From: Reclinomonas americana ATCC 50394
Lineage: Eukaryota
NCBI GenBank assembly: GCA_048213135.1
Contig: PS015010.1
Coordinates: forward strand, 310,001 to 374,000
Reading direction: 5' to 3'
Length of the DNA: 64,000 nucleotides
This document shows, in pieces, positions 9,184-19,349 of the stretch. The position numbers and the translations under genes are program-made. Within the stretch, counting starts at the first letter, position 1, and every line of letters starts with the position of its first letter. The notes beneath the pieces are model-generated. The model was not told where the DNA came from. It searched no databases and saw nothing but the letters and a program-made list of their open reading frames with translations.

Positions 9184-12108
9184 ATGCAAAAACGATTCGC
9201 TGCTCTTTTCCTGCTTGCTTCTGTTTTTTCAATATCGCTGCAGGCCCAGAAAAAGTATACTGCCTGGGTAGACCCCTTCATTGGAACCGGCGGACACGGA
9301 CACACTTACCCCGGTGCTGTACTGCCCCATGGCATGGTGCAGCTTAGTCCGGATACCCGGCTCGACGGCTGGGACGGCTGTGGCGGTTATCATTACTCAG
9401 ATAATTATATATATGGATTTTCGCACACCCATTTGAGTGGTACGGGGTGCAGTGATTATGGCGATATCCTGCTGGCGCCTATGACCGGCGAACCCTCTCC
9501 TGATAATAAAAAGTACGGTTCTGCCTTCTCTCATACAAAAGAAAAAGCGTCACCGGGATTCTACTCCGTTCAGCTCGACAATGGGGTTGATGTAAAACTG
9601 ACCTCTACATTAAGGGTCGGACTTCATCATTACCGTTTTAATAAAGGCGCAGCCAGCATCATCCTTGACCTGAAGCATCGCGATGAAGTACTCGAATCTT
9701 CCCTGCAGGTGATCGATGACCGTACAATAACCGGGCTTCGCCGCAGCAAGGCGTGGGCCGAAAACCAGTACGTGTATTTCGTGATCCGTTTTTCCAAACC
9801 ATTCAGTTCTTATGGTACATGGAGCGATGATCAGCCTGTTTTTAATAAAAAGGAATTATCCGGCAAAAATCTTAAAGCCTGGTTCCAGTTCGGTAAAATG
9901 GATAAACCGGAAGTCATGGCTAAAGTCGCCATTTCAGGCGTGAGTGTTGAAGGCGCCATACGCAATCTCGATGCTGAATTGCCGGGCTGGGATTTTGAAG
10001 CCGTAAGAAAAGCAGCCGCAACCGCATGGGAAAAAGAACTGAGCAGGGTGGATGTCAGTTCCACTGATACCAAACAACTCCGCACTTTCTACACAGCTCT
10101 CTATCATACCATGGTAGTCCCCAACATTAATATGGATGTAGACAACCAATATCGTGGAAGAGATAACCAGATTCATACCGCCAGTGGTTTTACCAATTAT
10201 TCTGTATTCTCCCTTTGGGATACTTATCGTGGCGCTCATCCCTTATATACGATCATAGATAGGAAACGAACACTCGACTACATCAAGACCTTCCTGGTGC
10301 AATACCAACAGGGCGGGCGTTTGCCGGTGTGGGAACTCAGCGGTTATGAAACCGACTGTATGATTGGTTACCACAGTGTTTCCGTAATCACCGATGCCTA
10401 CATCAAAGGCATCAATGGTTTTGATACCCGCCTGGCGCTGGAAGCCATGAAAAAAAGTGCTACCTGGAATCACCTGGGATTACCGGCACTGATGGATCAT
10501 GGTTTCATTGAAATGGATGATGAACATGAAAGTGTAAGTAAGACACTGGAATATGCCTATGACGACTGGTGTATTGCACAGTTCGCAAAAAAACTCGGCA
10601 GTGAAAATGATTACCGCTATTATATCCAGAGAGCACAATCCTATAAAAATATGCTGGATGTGAAAACCGGTTTCATGCGTCCGCGTAAGAATGGTAACTG
10701 GCTGTCTCCTTTCGAGCCCAGGGAAGTGAACAATAATTTTACTGAAGCCAACAGCTGGCAATATTCTTTTTATATGCCACAGGACGTGAGCGGTTATATG
10801 AACATGATAGGCGGTCCGAAAAAGATGGAAGAAAAACTGGATGAACTTTTCTCCGCACCGCAACAAACAACCGGCCGCGATCAGTCGGATATTACGGGAC
10901 TGATAGGGCAGTATGCTCATGGCAATGAACCCAGTCACCACGTAGCCTACTTATACAGTTTTGCCGGTATGCCTTCCAAAACGCAGGCGATGGTACATCG
11001 CATCCGCAACGAAATGTACCACGATATGCCAGATGGTCTTTCGGGTAACGAAGACTGCGGGCAAATGAGCGCCTGGTATGTGCTGAGTTCATTAGGCTTC
11101 TATCCTGTAACACCGGGCACCGCTGACTATATCATTGGAACGCCTGCTTTTGCTTCTGCAACGATCAGGCTCGAGAACGGGAAACTGCTTCAAATCAAGG
11201 CAAACGGACTGAAGCCGTCGTCTTATTATATACAATCAGCTGCACTTAACGGAAAGCCATACAATAAAGCTTTTCTTTCTTATCCTGATATGTACAAGGG
11301 AGGTGAGCTGGTTTTCAATATGGGTGATAAGGCTTCTGATTTTGGTAAAGCAGCCATTCCCGTTACGGCTATCAATGACAACCTAATTGTAGTAAACCCG
11401 GTAATAGACGGCGGTGCCCGTGCATTTAAGAACAGTACTACCGTATCCATATCGGCCAGCCAACCCGGCCTCGCTTTTTATTACACACTCGATGGCAGTA
11501 CACCGGGTATCAGATCAAAAAAATATACAGGCCCCTTTGTACTGGAAGCCACAACCATTGTCAAAGCCATTGCCATTGACGAGAACAGGCATCCCGCGGC
11601 GGCGAGCTTGATTACGACAGGAACATTCACCAAAGCGCCGCATGATTGGACGATTCATTTGAATACTGCTTTTGAGCACCAGTACGACGGGGGCGGAGCA
11701 TCCGGACTTATCGATGGTGTTGAAGGCAGTGCCAACTGGCGCAAAGGCAACTGGCAGGGTTACCAGAAAACGGATGTAGATGCCGTGATTGACCTGCAGG
11801 AAGTTAAAACCGTGTCTGCCGTTACAGCAGGGTTTTTACAGGACACCCGTGCCTGGATCGTTGTTCCACGGCAATTGGTAGTGGAAGTATCAACAGATGG
11901 AAAACAATTCACCGAAGTATATACCGGCAATAATTTTCTTCCCATTGACGACCTTAACGTGCAGGTAAAAAGAATCGAAGCCTCCTTTAAACCGGTAACC
12001 GCCAGGTATGTGAGGATAAAGGCGGTACAGTATGGTAAACTCCCGGCCTGGCATGAGGGCGCGGGAGGCGATACGCATATTTTTGTGGATGAAGTGAGTG
12101 TGAAGTAA
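9184..12108 (+). CDS. GH92 alpha-mannosidase with C-terminal FN3-associated and F5/8-type (discoidin) modules
   Basis: Signal peptide, VDPFIGT, FSLWDTYR, HGNEPSHH and GNEDCGQMSAW; YYTLDGSTP module; C-terminal ARYVRI..IFVDEV. Confidence 0.95.
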   Translation: MQKRFAALFLLASVFSISLQAQKKYTAWVDPFIGTGGHGHTYPGAVLPHGMVQLSPDTRLDGWDGCGGYHYSDNYIYGFSHTHLSGTGCSDYGDILLAPMTGEPSPDNKKYGSAFSHTKEKASPGFYSVQLDNGVDVKLTSTLRVGLHHYRFNKGAASIILDLKHRDEVLESSLQVIDDRTITGLRRSKAWAENQYVYFVIRFSKPFSSYGTWSDDQPVFNKKELSGKNLKAWFQFGKMDKPEVMAKVAISGVSVEGAIRNLDAELPGWDFEAVRKAAATAWEKELSRVDVSSTDTKQLRTFYTALYHTMVVPNINMDVDNQYRGRDNQIHTASGFTNYSVFSLWDTYRGAHPLYTIIDRKRTLDYIKTFLVQYQQGGRLPVWELSGYETDCMIGYHSVSVITDAYIKGINGFDTRLALEAMKKSATWNHLGLPALMDHGFIEMDDEHESVSKTLEYAYDDWCIAQFAKKLGSENDYRYYIQRAQSYKNMLDVKTGFMRPRKNGNWLSPFEPREVNNNFTEANSWQYSFYMPQDVSGYMNMIGGPKKMEEKLDELFSAPQQTTGRDQSDITGLIGQYAHGNEPSHHVAYLYSFAGMPSKTQAMVHRIRNEMYHDMPDGLSGNEDCGQMSAWYVLSSLGFYPVTPGTADYIIGTPAFASATIRLENGKLLQIKANGLKPSSYYIQSAALNGKPYNKAFLSYPDMYKGGELVFNMGDKASDFGKAAIPVTAINDNLIVVNPVIDGGARAFKNSTTVSISASQPGLAFYYTLDGSTPGIRSKKYTGPFVLEATTIVKAIAIDENRHPAAASLITTGTFTKAPHDWTIHLNTAFEHQYDGGGASGLIDGVEGSANWRKGNWQGYQKTDVDAVIDLQEVKTVSAVTAGFLQDTRAWIVVPRQLVVEVSTDGKQFTEVYTGNNFLPIDDLNVQVKRIEASFKPVTARYVRIKAVQYGKLPAWHEGAGGDTHIFVDEVSVK

Positions 12109-12125
12109 AAAGTAAAAATTCAAAA

Positions 12126-12541
12126 CCTCCGCGTCCTCTTGTTCTCTGCGGTAAAATCTTTCACGCAAGGTTTGCAAAGGAGCAAAGTCGCTAAGGCTTC
12201 TTTTAATTACCTCGGTGTTCTCTTTTTTCTCTGAGGTAAAAAAGCTTTGCGCAACCTTAGCGTCCTTCGTTGCTTAGCGGTTAAATCTTTCACGCAAGGA
12301 TCGCAAAGAAGCAAAGCCGCTAAGGCATCATTTAATTACCTCGGCGTTCTCTTATTCTCTGCGGTAAAAAAACCTTGCGATTACTTCGCGTTCCTCGTTG
12401 CTTAGCGGTTATATATTTCATGCAAGGCTGCAGGAGGAGCAAAGTCGTAAGAGTATCTCTCTGAATCATCTCAGCGTTCTCTTATTCTCTGCGGTAAAAA
12501 AAACTTTGCGATTACTTCGCGTTCCTCGTTGCTTTGCGGTT
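12126..12541. repeat. Tandem array (~3 units plus a fragment) of the same repeat, inverted relative to 8697-9056
   Basis: Units start at about 12153, 12283 and 12415; internal near-identical direct repeat at 12345-12410 / 12475-12541. Confidence 0.92.
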
Positions 12542-12653
12542 TCCCTGCTCAAAAAATAAAATGCCTGGCTTTTCAACCAGGTATTTCCTATAATTTCTGC
12601 CGGCAACAGCGGGTCCCCGTGGTTTGTTGTCCTTCATCAAACTTATCATCAGC

Positions 12654-12687
12654 AAAAAGCCCCGGCATATTTACCGGGGCTTTTTTT
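12654..12687. terminator. Bidirectional intrinsic terminator between GH92 and the amino-acid permease
   Basis: AAAAAGCCCCGG-loop-CCGGGGCTTTTTTT. Confidence 0.9.
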
Positions 12688-12706
12688 ATGGTTGTAATGC
12701 TATGTT

Positions 12707-14021
12707 TTATTCTGTTGGATCAGCTTTGCCAATCTTAGCACCAAATACAACCAGGTGAACCGCTGCAAATGCTATAGAAATATAAAGCAGGGTTTTGTCG
12801 GTATCAAAACCAACGGTGTACTGGTGAAGAAGACCCGCAACCACGAGTAATAAACTCAGTGCCAGGCCGGTGATGTTGGCGGCTTTCATTCCTTTCCTGC
12901 GTGTTGTACCATTACCGAGATGACTGTTTTTAGCACCATACACAAGATAGATATCGAGACCGATCAGCATCCAAACCAGCAGGCGGATCCAGGTATCCAT
13001 AGGCAGGAACACCATCATAAACAGGCAGGTACCGATACCGAGGATGGGAACGATAGGGACCAATGGTGTTTTGAATGCACGTGGGAGATCAGGCATTTTA
13101 TTGCGCATCACCCATACACCAATACAAACCAGGATAAAGGCGAACAAAGTTCCGATACTGGTCATTTCACCCACCACCCTTGCAGGAACGAATGCCGCGA
13201 AAAGACTTACAAACAGCATGAACAACAGGTTGCTCTTGGCGGGTGTTTGCGTTTTAGGGTTTACGCTGGAGAATACCCTTGGGATCAGGCCGTCTTTACT
13301 CATACTGAAGAACACGCGGCTTTGTCCCATCAGCATCACCAGGATCACCGATGCATAACCTGCCAGGATCGCTACCACGATGGCACGGTTCAGCCAGGGG
13401 TAATCTGGATGAATAACGCCCGCTGCGTCCGGTGTGCCCATATGGTCAATGGCGATGGCTACGGGGGCGATGCCGTCTTTACCCGCGAAAGTGGTGTAAC
13501 TGGTAACGCCGGTCATTACGTGAGCGAACAGGATGTACAGGATCGTACAGATGGCCAGTGAACCCAGGATGCCCCAGGGCATATCCCTTTTTGGATTCTT
13601 GGCTTCCTGCGCTGCTGTACTTACCGCGTCAAAACCTATGTAGGCGAAGAACACGATGGCTGCGGCACGGATGATACCGCTGAAACCGAAGTCACCGAAT
13701 TTTCCGCTGTTGTCAGGGATATACGGTGTGTAATTGGAATTGTTGATGTATTTCCATCCCAGGAAGATGAACACCAGTACTACGGCGATCTTCAATCCTA
13801 CGATGATGGCGTTCACAAAAGCGCTTTCTTTGGTGCCTTTGATCAGCAGCAGACTCATCAAAACGATAATGAAAACGGCAGGAAGGTTAATGATACCGCC
13901 GTCCCAGGGCCCGAGTGTCAGCGCATGCGGTAAATGAATATCAAAACCTTCGAGGAACCTCACCAGGTAACGACTCCAGCTGATGCCCACTGTAGCGGCA
14001 CCTACGGCGTATTCCAGTACA

Positions 14022-14053
<32 letters not shown>

Positions 14054-14359
14054 GCCCATCGTGGCATATGAATAGGTATAGGCACTACCCGCAACAGGGA
14101 TCATGGAAGCGAACTCGGCATAGCACAAACCTGCAAAAAGGCAGCCCAGAGCGGCTACGATAAATGAAATAGTGATCGCAGGTCCTGCGTGGTTGGCAGC
14201 CGCCATACCGGTAATGGAAAACAAGCCGGCGCCAATGATAGCGCCAATGCCCAAGGCGATCAGGCCTCCGGCACCAAGGGTCTTTTTTAAGGTATGAGAC
14301 CCGGTTTCCTGGGCTTCATTCATTAAAGACGCCATGGGCTTTCTTACAAATAAACTCAT
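12707..14359 (-). CDS. APC-family amino acid permease (cationic amino-acid transporter-like) with two extra C-terminal TMs
   Basis: GAIIGAG, CYAEFAS..GSAY and FFAYIGFD motifs; likely ATG at 14359. Confidence 0.93.
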
Positions 14360-14497
14360 ACAGTTGTTTCGTTTTGATGATGAAAGATTTGGAAAAATAA
14401 GCAATAAATCGGTAATACAATAGCCGCTGGTACTTTTTTGAACCCCTACTGTGGATAACGGCATTAAGGCTTATATTGCAACACTAATTGCTTAAAT

Positions 14498-15763
14498 ATG
14501 GAAGTTTCGCAGCAGCCACGCAAAAAAAGCAGGCTTACCCTGTATATCGTCATCGCCATGTTCCTGGGCATAGGAGTAGGTTATCTTATCCATACCAATG
14601 CTTCGCCGGAATTCATTAAAGACTTTGGGCCCAAGATCAAACTGCTGACAACCATCTTCCTCCGTCTCGTGCAAATGATCATTGCCCCGCTGGTATTTGC
14701 CACCCTGGTGGTGGGTATTGCCAAACTGGGCGATCTTAAAACCGTAGGACGGGTGGGCGGTAAGGCCATGCTGTGGTTCATCTCCGCTTCGCTGATCAGT
14801 CTGTTGCTGGGGCTACTGCTTGTGAATATCACCAAACCCGGCGTAGGCGTTAATCTGGCCAATAATGATATTGAAGGAGTAAAGGATGTGGTGGCCAAAA
14901 CGTCCGAATTTTCCCTGGCTAAATTTGTTGAGCATGTGGTGCCACGCAGTGTGATCGAGGCTATGGCGACTAACGAAATATTGCAACTGGTACTCTTCTC
15001 TGTTTTCTTCGGCATTGCCCTTACAGCTGTAGGTAAAATGGGCGAACCCGTAGTAAAGGCGCTCGACGCCCTTACACATGTGATGCTCAAAATGGTAGGC
15101 TATATCATGACGCTGGCCCCGCTGGGTGTTTTCGGTGCCATGTGCGCTGTTATATCAGTGAAAGGATTAGGGATATTGGGCACCTATGCCAAATACATCG
15201 GTTCTTTCTACCTGGGCCTGGCGGTATTGTGGTTGGTACTATTGTTTGTAGGCTATCTCTTCCTTCGCAACCGGCTACCGGTATTGCTGAAACGCATTTC
15301 CAATCCCATGGCCATCGCCTTCAGCACGGCGAGCAGTGAAGCGGTACTGCCCAAACTCATTGAAGAAATGGAACGCTTTGGCTGCAATAATAAGATCGTT
15401 TCCTTTGTACTGCCCCTCGGTTATTCTTTTAACCTCGATGGCAGCATGATGTACATGACCTTTGCCAGTATGTTCATTGCGCAGGCCTATAATATTACTT
15501 CCATCACCGGCGATGTAGGCGCACAATTGACCATGCTGCTGGTATTCATGCTCACCAGTAAAGGCATTGCCGGCGTACCCCGCGCTTCACTGGTAGTGAT
15601 ACTGGCAACTTGTGGAATGTTTAACATTCCGCCTGAAGGTATTGGTTTAATTTTGGCCATCGACGTGTTCTGCGATATGGGCCGCACCATGACGAACGTG
15701 CTTGGCAACGCCCTGGCCACCGCCGCGGTTAGCAAGTGGGAAGGACAACTGGAACATACTTAA
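14498..15763 (+). CDS. Dicarboxylate/amino acid:cation symporter (DAACS)
   Basis: AFSTASSEA, GYSFNLDG, SKGIAGVP and DMGRTMTNV motifs. Confidence 0.95.
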   Translation: MEVSQQPRKKSRLTLYIVIAMFLGIGVGYLIHTNASPEFIKDFGPKIKLLTTIFLRLVQMIIAPLVFATLVVGIAKLGDLKTVGRVGGKAMLWFISASLISLLLGLLLVNITKPGVGVNLANNDIEGVKDVVAKTSEFSLAKFVEHVVPRSVIEAMATNEILQLVLFSVFFGIALTAVGKMGEPVVKALDALTHVMLKMVGYIMTLAPLGVFGAMCAVISVKGLGILGTYAKYIGSFYLGLAVLWLVLLFVGYLFLRNRLPVLLKRISNPMAIAFSTASSEAVLPKLIEEMERFGCNNKIVSFVLPLGYSFNLDGSMMYMTFASMFIAQAYNITSITGDVGAQLTMLLVFMLTSKGIAGVPRASLVVILATCGMFNIPPEGIGLILAIDVFCDMGRTMTNVLGNALATAAVSKWEGQLEHT

Positions 15764-15776
15764 CGCTTAATCACAC

Positions 15777-16484
15777 ATGCAAGATCTTATATTACTCGAC
15801 TTTCACTGGACACAGTTATTACAGCCGCAATGGTATATTGAAAATGGCGGTCTCTGGTTCATCGTTTTTGTTGTTTTCGCCGAAACCGGCCTGTTCGCGG
15901 GTTTCTTCCTCCCTGGTGATTCGCTGTTATTCGTTACGGGTATTTACAGCGACGACCTGGTAAAAAGCGGGCTGGGTATACAGGGCACTTCCGGTTTTAT
16001 TAATCTTGTTATACTGGGGATCATTATTTCAGCCGCAGGTATCATCGGTAACTATGTAGGGTACTGGTTCGGTAAAAAGAGCGGCCCCTTTTTGTTTGAG
16101 CGGAAAGACACTTTTTTCTTCAAGAAAAAATACCTTTTCCAGGCCCGTGACTTCTATGACAAACATGGAGGCGGCGCTATTGTTATGGCCAGGTTCCTGC
16201 CTATTGTGAGAACCTTTGCGCCTATTGTGGCAGGCATAGTGGGTATGGAAAAAAAGAAATTCTCTTTTTATAATTTCGTTGGATGCGTGGCCTGGGTATT
16301 CACCATGCTGCTGGCTGGTCATTACCTGCAGCAGTTCTTCCTCAAAAAATTTGACTTCGATCTGAAGAATCACCTCGAAGTGATCGTGATCGGTATCGTA
16401 CTGGTAACAACAGCACCCATCCTCATCAAACTATTTTCCGGCAAAAAGAAACCAAAGGATGACCAGCCTGCAAAAGAACAATAA
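15777..16484 (+). CDS. DedA/VTT-family membrane protein
   Basis: FAETG..FLPGDSLL and ARFLPIVRTFAP motifs. Confidence 0.95.
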   Translation: MQDLILLDFHWTQLLQPQWYIENGGLWFIVFVVFAETGLFAGFFLPGDSLLFVTGIYSDDLVKSGLGIQGTSGFINLVILGIIISAAGIIGNYVGYWFGKKSGPFLFERKDTFFFKKKYLFQARDFYDKHGGGAIVMARFLPIVRTFAPIVAGIVGMEKKKFSFYNFVGCVAWVFTMLLAGHYLQQFFLKKFDFDLKNHLEVIVIGIVLVTTAPILIKLFSGKKKPKDDQPAKEQ

Positions 16485-17694
16485 CTCTGTTTTCAGCCTG
16501 GTCGTTGTGGTAGCAGCGCTGGGTTATTTCGTAGATATATACGACCTGCTGCTGTTCAGCATCATCCGTGTTCCCAGTCTTACCTCATTGGGACTTACTC
16601 CCGAACTGATCAAAACCGAAGGCGAAAAAATCATTACCTGGCAGATGGCCGGGTTATTGCTGGGCGGCATCCTCTGGGGTATCATCGGCGATAAAAAGGG
16701 AAGGTTGTCTGTACTGTTTGGTTCTATCATTCTGTATTCACTCGCCAACATCGCCAATGGTTTCGTGCAAACGACCGACCAGTACGCCCTTATTCGTTTT
16801 ATTGCCGGTATAGGACTGGCAGGTGAACTGGGCGCGGGCATTACCCTGGTGAGTGAATTGACACCCAAAGAAAAAAGAGGCGTGGCTACATCGCTGGTGG
16901 CAGGTATTGGTCTGACCGGCGCGGTGGTGGCTTTTGTGATGAAAGAGAACTTCGACTGGCGGGTTTGTTATTTCATAGGCGGCGGACTGGGGCTGCTGCT
17001 GCTTGTACTCCGGATCTCCGTTTCGGAATCGGGTATGTTCAATGAAGTGAGGCAGTCGGGTGTAAAGCGGGGTAACTTCTTTATGCTCTTTACTAACAGC
17101 GATCGTTTTAAAAGATACCTGCTCAGTATCCTCATCGGCCTGCCTACCTGGTTCGTGATCGGTGTACTGGTGACCTTCTCCAAAGAATTCGGCGAACAGT
17201 TTGGCATTAAGGAAAAGATAGATTCGGGTAAGGCCATCATGTATGCGTATGCCGCCATAGCTATAGGTGATATACTCATCGGCCTCATCAGCCAGTGGTT
17301 CAAAAGCCGGAAAAAAGCGCTGTTCCTTTTCTATTTTATTACAGCCGTATTCATGGTATTGTTCTTTACTGTACAATGGAACGGCTCCGCGGAAATGATG
17401 TACTGGATATGCGCCGGGCTGGGCTTTGGCACCGGCTTCTGGGCCATATTCGTGACCATGGGCGCCGAGCAGTTCGGTACCAACCTGAGGGCGACGGCTG
17501 CCACTACCATCCCCAATATGGTGCGGGGAATGCTGGCCATATTGATATTACCGCTGTTCAAACTGACGCGTTCGGCAACCGACTATGTAACCGGAGGATG
17601 GATCACGGCACTCATCATTATGGTCATTACCATCACTGCCGCCGCGCTGATCAGAGAAACTTTTCACAAAGACCTGAATTATCTTGAGGAATAA
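16459..17694 (+). CDS. MFS transporter
   Basis: GDKKGR motif A, ~12 TM helices, EQFGTNLRAT. Confidence 0.92.
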   Translation: MTSLQKNNNSVFSLVVVVAALGYFVDIYDLLLFSIIRVPSLTSLGLTPELIKTEGEKIITWQMAGLLLGGILWGIIGDKKGRLSVLFGSIILYSLANIANGFVQTTDQYALIRFIAGIGLAGELGAGITLVSELTPKEKRGVATSLVAGIGLTGAVVAFVMKENFDWRVCYFIGGGLGLLLLVLRISVSESGMFNEVRQSGVKRGNFFMLFTNSDRFKRYLLSILIGLPTWFVIGVLVTFSKEFGEQFGIKEKIDSGKAIMYAYAAIAIGDILIGLISQWFKSRKKALFLFYFITAVFMVLFFTVQWNGSAEMMYWICAGLGFGTGFWAIFVTMGAEQFGTNLRATAATTIPNMVRGMLAILILPLFKLTRSATDYVTGGWITALIIMVITITAAALIRETFHKDLNYLEE

Positions 17695-17742
17695 AAAGAG
17701 TTCCTGTTTTATTGTTGACTTTTTATTTTTGACTTCTCATTC

Positions 17743-18741
17743 ATGGCCAAATTCCTCGTCATACGTTTTTCTTCCATCGGTGATATCGTACTCACCACAA
17801 CGGCTGTACGCTGCCTGAGAAAAGCACATCCTGATGCGGAGATACATTTTCTTACCAAGCAGGCCTTCCGCGGTATCGTGGAACATAATCCCTATATCAA
17901 TAAAATACATACCCTGGGCGACAGTTTCGATCTGATGCTGCACGAACTGCAGCAGGAAGAATACGATTACATCATCGACCTGCATCATAACCTGCGTACA
18001 CTCCGCATCAAGAAGGCCCTGAAAACAGCGAAGGCCTTTTCATTCGATAAACTCAACGTGCAGAAATTTATCCTCACCAACCTGAAGGTGAATGTGCTGC
18101 CGGATAAACATATCGTTGACCGAACCATCGACTGTATGCGTTCGCTGGGTGTGGAGAACGACGGTAACGGACTGGATTATTTCATCCCTGAAAAAGATGT
18201 AGTCAGCAACAGCGACCTGCCTACCGGTCACCTCCATGGTTATATCGCCATCGTTATCGGCGCCGCACTGAATACAAAAAAACTGCCGCTGCACAAACTG
18301 AAGGAACTGTGCACTGCCATCGATCACCCCATCATCCTGCTGGGCGGTAAAGAAGACCGTGCGGACGGGGATGCCATCGCGTTGCAGGATACGATCAAGA
18401 TCTATAATGCCTGCGGTAAGTTCAGTCTTAATGAATCGGCCGACCTGGTAAGACGGTCCAAACTGGTGATCACACACGATACCGGGCTTATGCATATTGC
18501 CGCGGCATTGCAGAAACCCATTGTATCCGTATGGGGAAATACTGTGCCCGCTTTTGGTATGTATCCTTATTACGGCAAAAGATCCACGCAGGAATACAAG
18601 ATAGTGGAAGTGAACAAACTCTGGTGCCGTCCCTGCAGCAAAATAGGCTATAAAAAATGCCCGCTCGGTCATTTCAAATGCATGGAAAAGATCGCTGTTA
18701 ATGAAATTGTAAATGTGACGGGCCGTATGATACGTAAATAA
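17743..18741 (+). CDS. Glycosyltransferase family 9 (LPS heptosyltransferase-like)
   Basis: RFSSIGDIVL, DTGLMHIAAA and C-terminal CRPC..C..C. Confidence 0.93.
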   Translation: MAKFLVIRFSSIGDIVLTTTAVRCLRKAHPDAEIHFLTKQAFRGIVEHNPYINKIHTLGDSFDLMLHELQQEEYDYIIDLHHNLRTLRIKKALKTAKAFSFDKLNVQKFILTNLKVNVLPDKHIVDRTIDCMRSLGVENDGNGLDYFIPEKDVVSNSDLPTGHLHGYIAIVIGAALNTKKLPLHKLKELCTAIDHPIILLGGKEDRADGDAIALQDTIKIYNACGKFSLNESADLVRRSKLVITHDTGLMHIAAALQKPIVSVWGNTVPAFGMYPYYGKRSTQEYKIVEVNKLWCRPCSKIGYKKCPLGHFKCMEKIAVNEIVNVTGRMIRK

Positions 18742-18770
18742 TAATTGCCTTGTTTTGGGGTTATTCCATT

Positions 18771-19349
18771 ATGCGTACGATATTTTTTATAACGGCCCTT
18801 TTCCTGACCACAGCCTCGCAGGCACAACTCACCACCATCATCAAATGGCAGAACGGGAGAAATTCCGGGAGAACGGACACCATCTATTATAATCCATCAC
18901 AGAAACTGACCTGGACCGATTTCAGGGGAAGGCCCGATCAGCAGAGTATTGCCGCGGCCATAACGGCATCTGGTTTTGGATACAATATGTCTTTCCAGTC
19001 GAAAGGAAATAAAGCGCAGCTGGAAATAATAGTGGGCTGTTTTTTCAATAAATCCAAGTCATGGGTTAAAGCGGGACAGGCATCCGATTACGCACTCAAC
19101 CACGAGCAGCATCATTTCGACATTACTTATATCGGCGCCTGTTTGTTTATGCAAAAACTGAAGTCGGCTAAATTCACTGTGGATAATTACGAACAACTGG
19201 CGGAAGAACTGCACGAGCAGACCTATGCAGAATTACAGGATATGCAAAATGCTTATGATGGCGACACCCGCAATGGCCGTTTGGAAAAAGTACAGTTCCA
19301 GTGGAACCAGCGCATTACGAACCAGCTTGCCGCAATGGCTATAAATTAA
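18771..19349 (+). CDS. Secreted putative Zn-metallopeptidase (DUF922-like)
   Basis: Signal peptide, LTWTDF, HEQHHFDI (HExxH) and QNAYD. Confidence 0.7.
   Translation: MRTIFFITALFLTTASQAQLTTIIKWQNGRNSGRTDTIYYNPSQKLTWTDFRGRPDQQSIAAAITASGFGYNMSFQSKGNKAQLEIIVGCFFNKSKSWVKAGQASDYALNHEQHHFDITYIGACLFMQKLKSAKFTVDNYEQLAEELHEQTYAELQDMQNAYDGDTRNGRLEKVQFQWNQRITNQLAAMAIN

Noticed and set aside
8697-12541. Repeat arrays as a CRISPR array or integron attC sites
   Set aside because: Units are ~128 bp with no unique spacers, and no cas or integrase gene is present in the window.
14450-14458. Perfect DnaA boxes (TGTGGATAA) here and near 45038
   Set aside because: Isolated single boxes without a cluster or unwinding element; not evidence of oriC.
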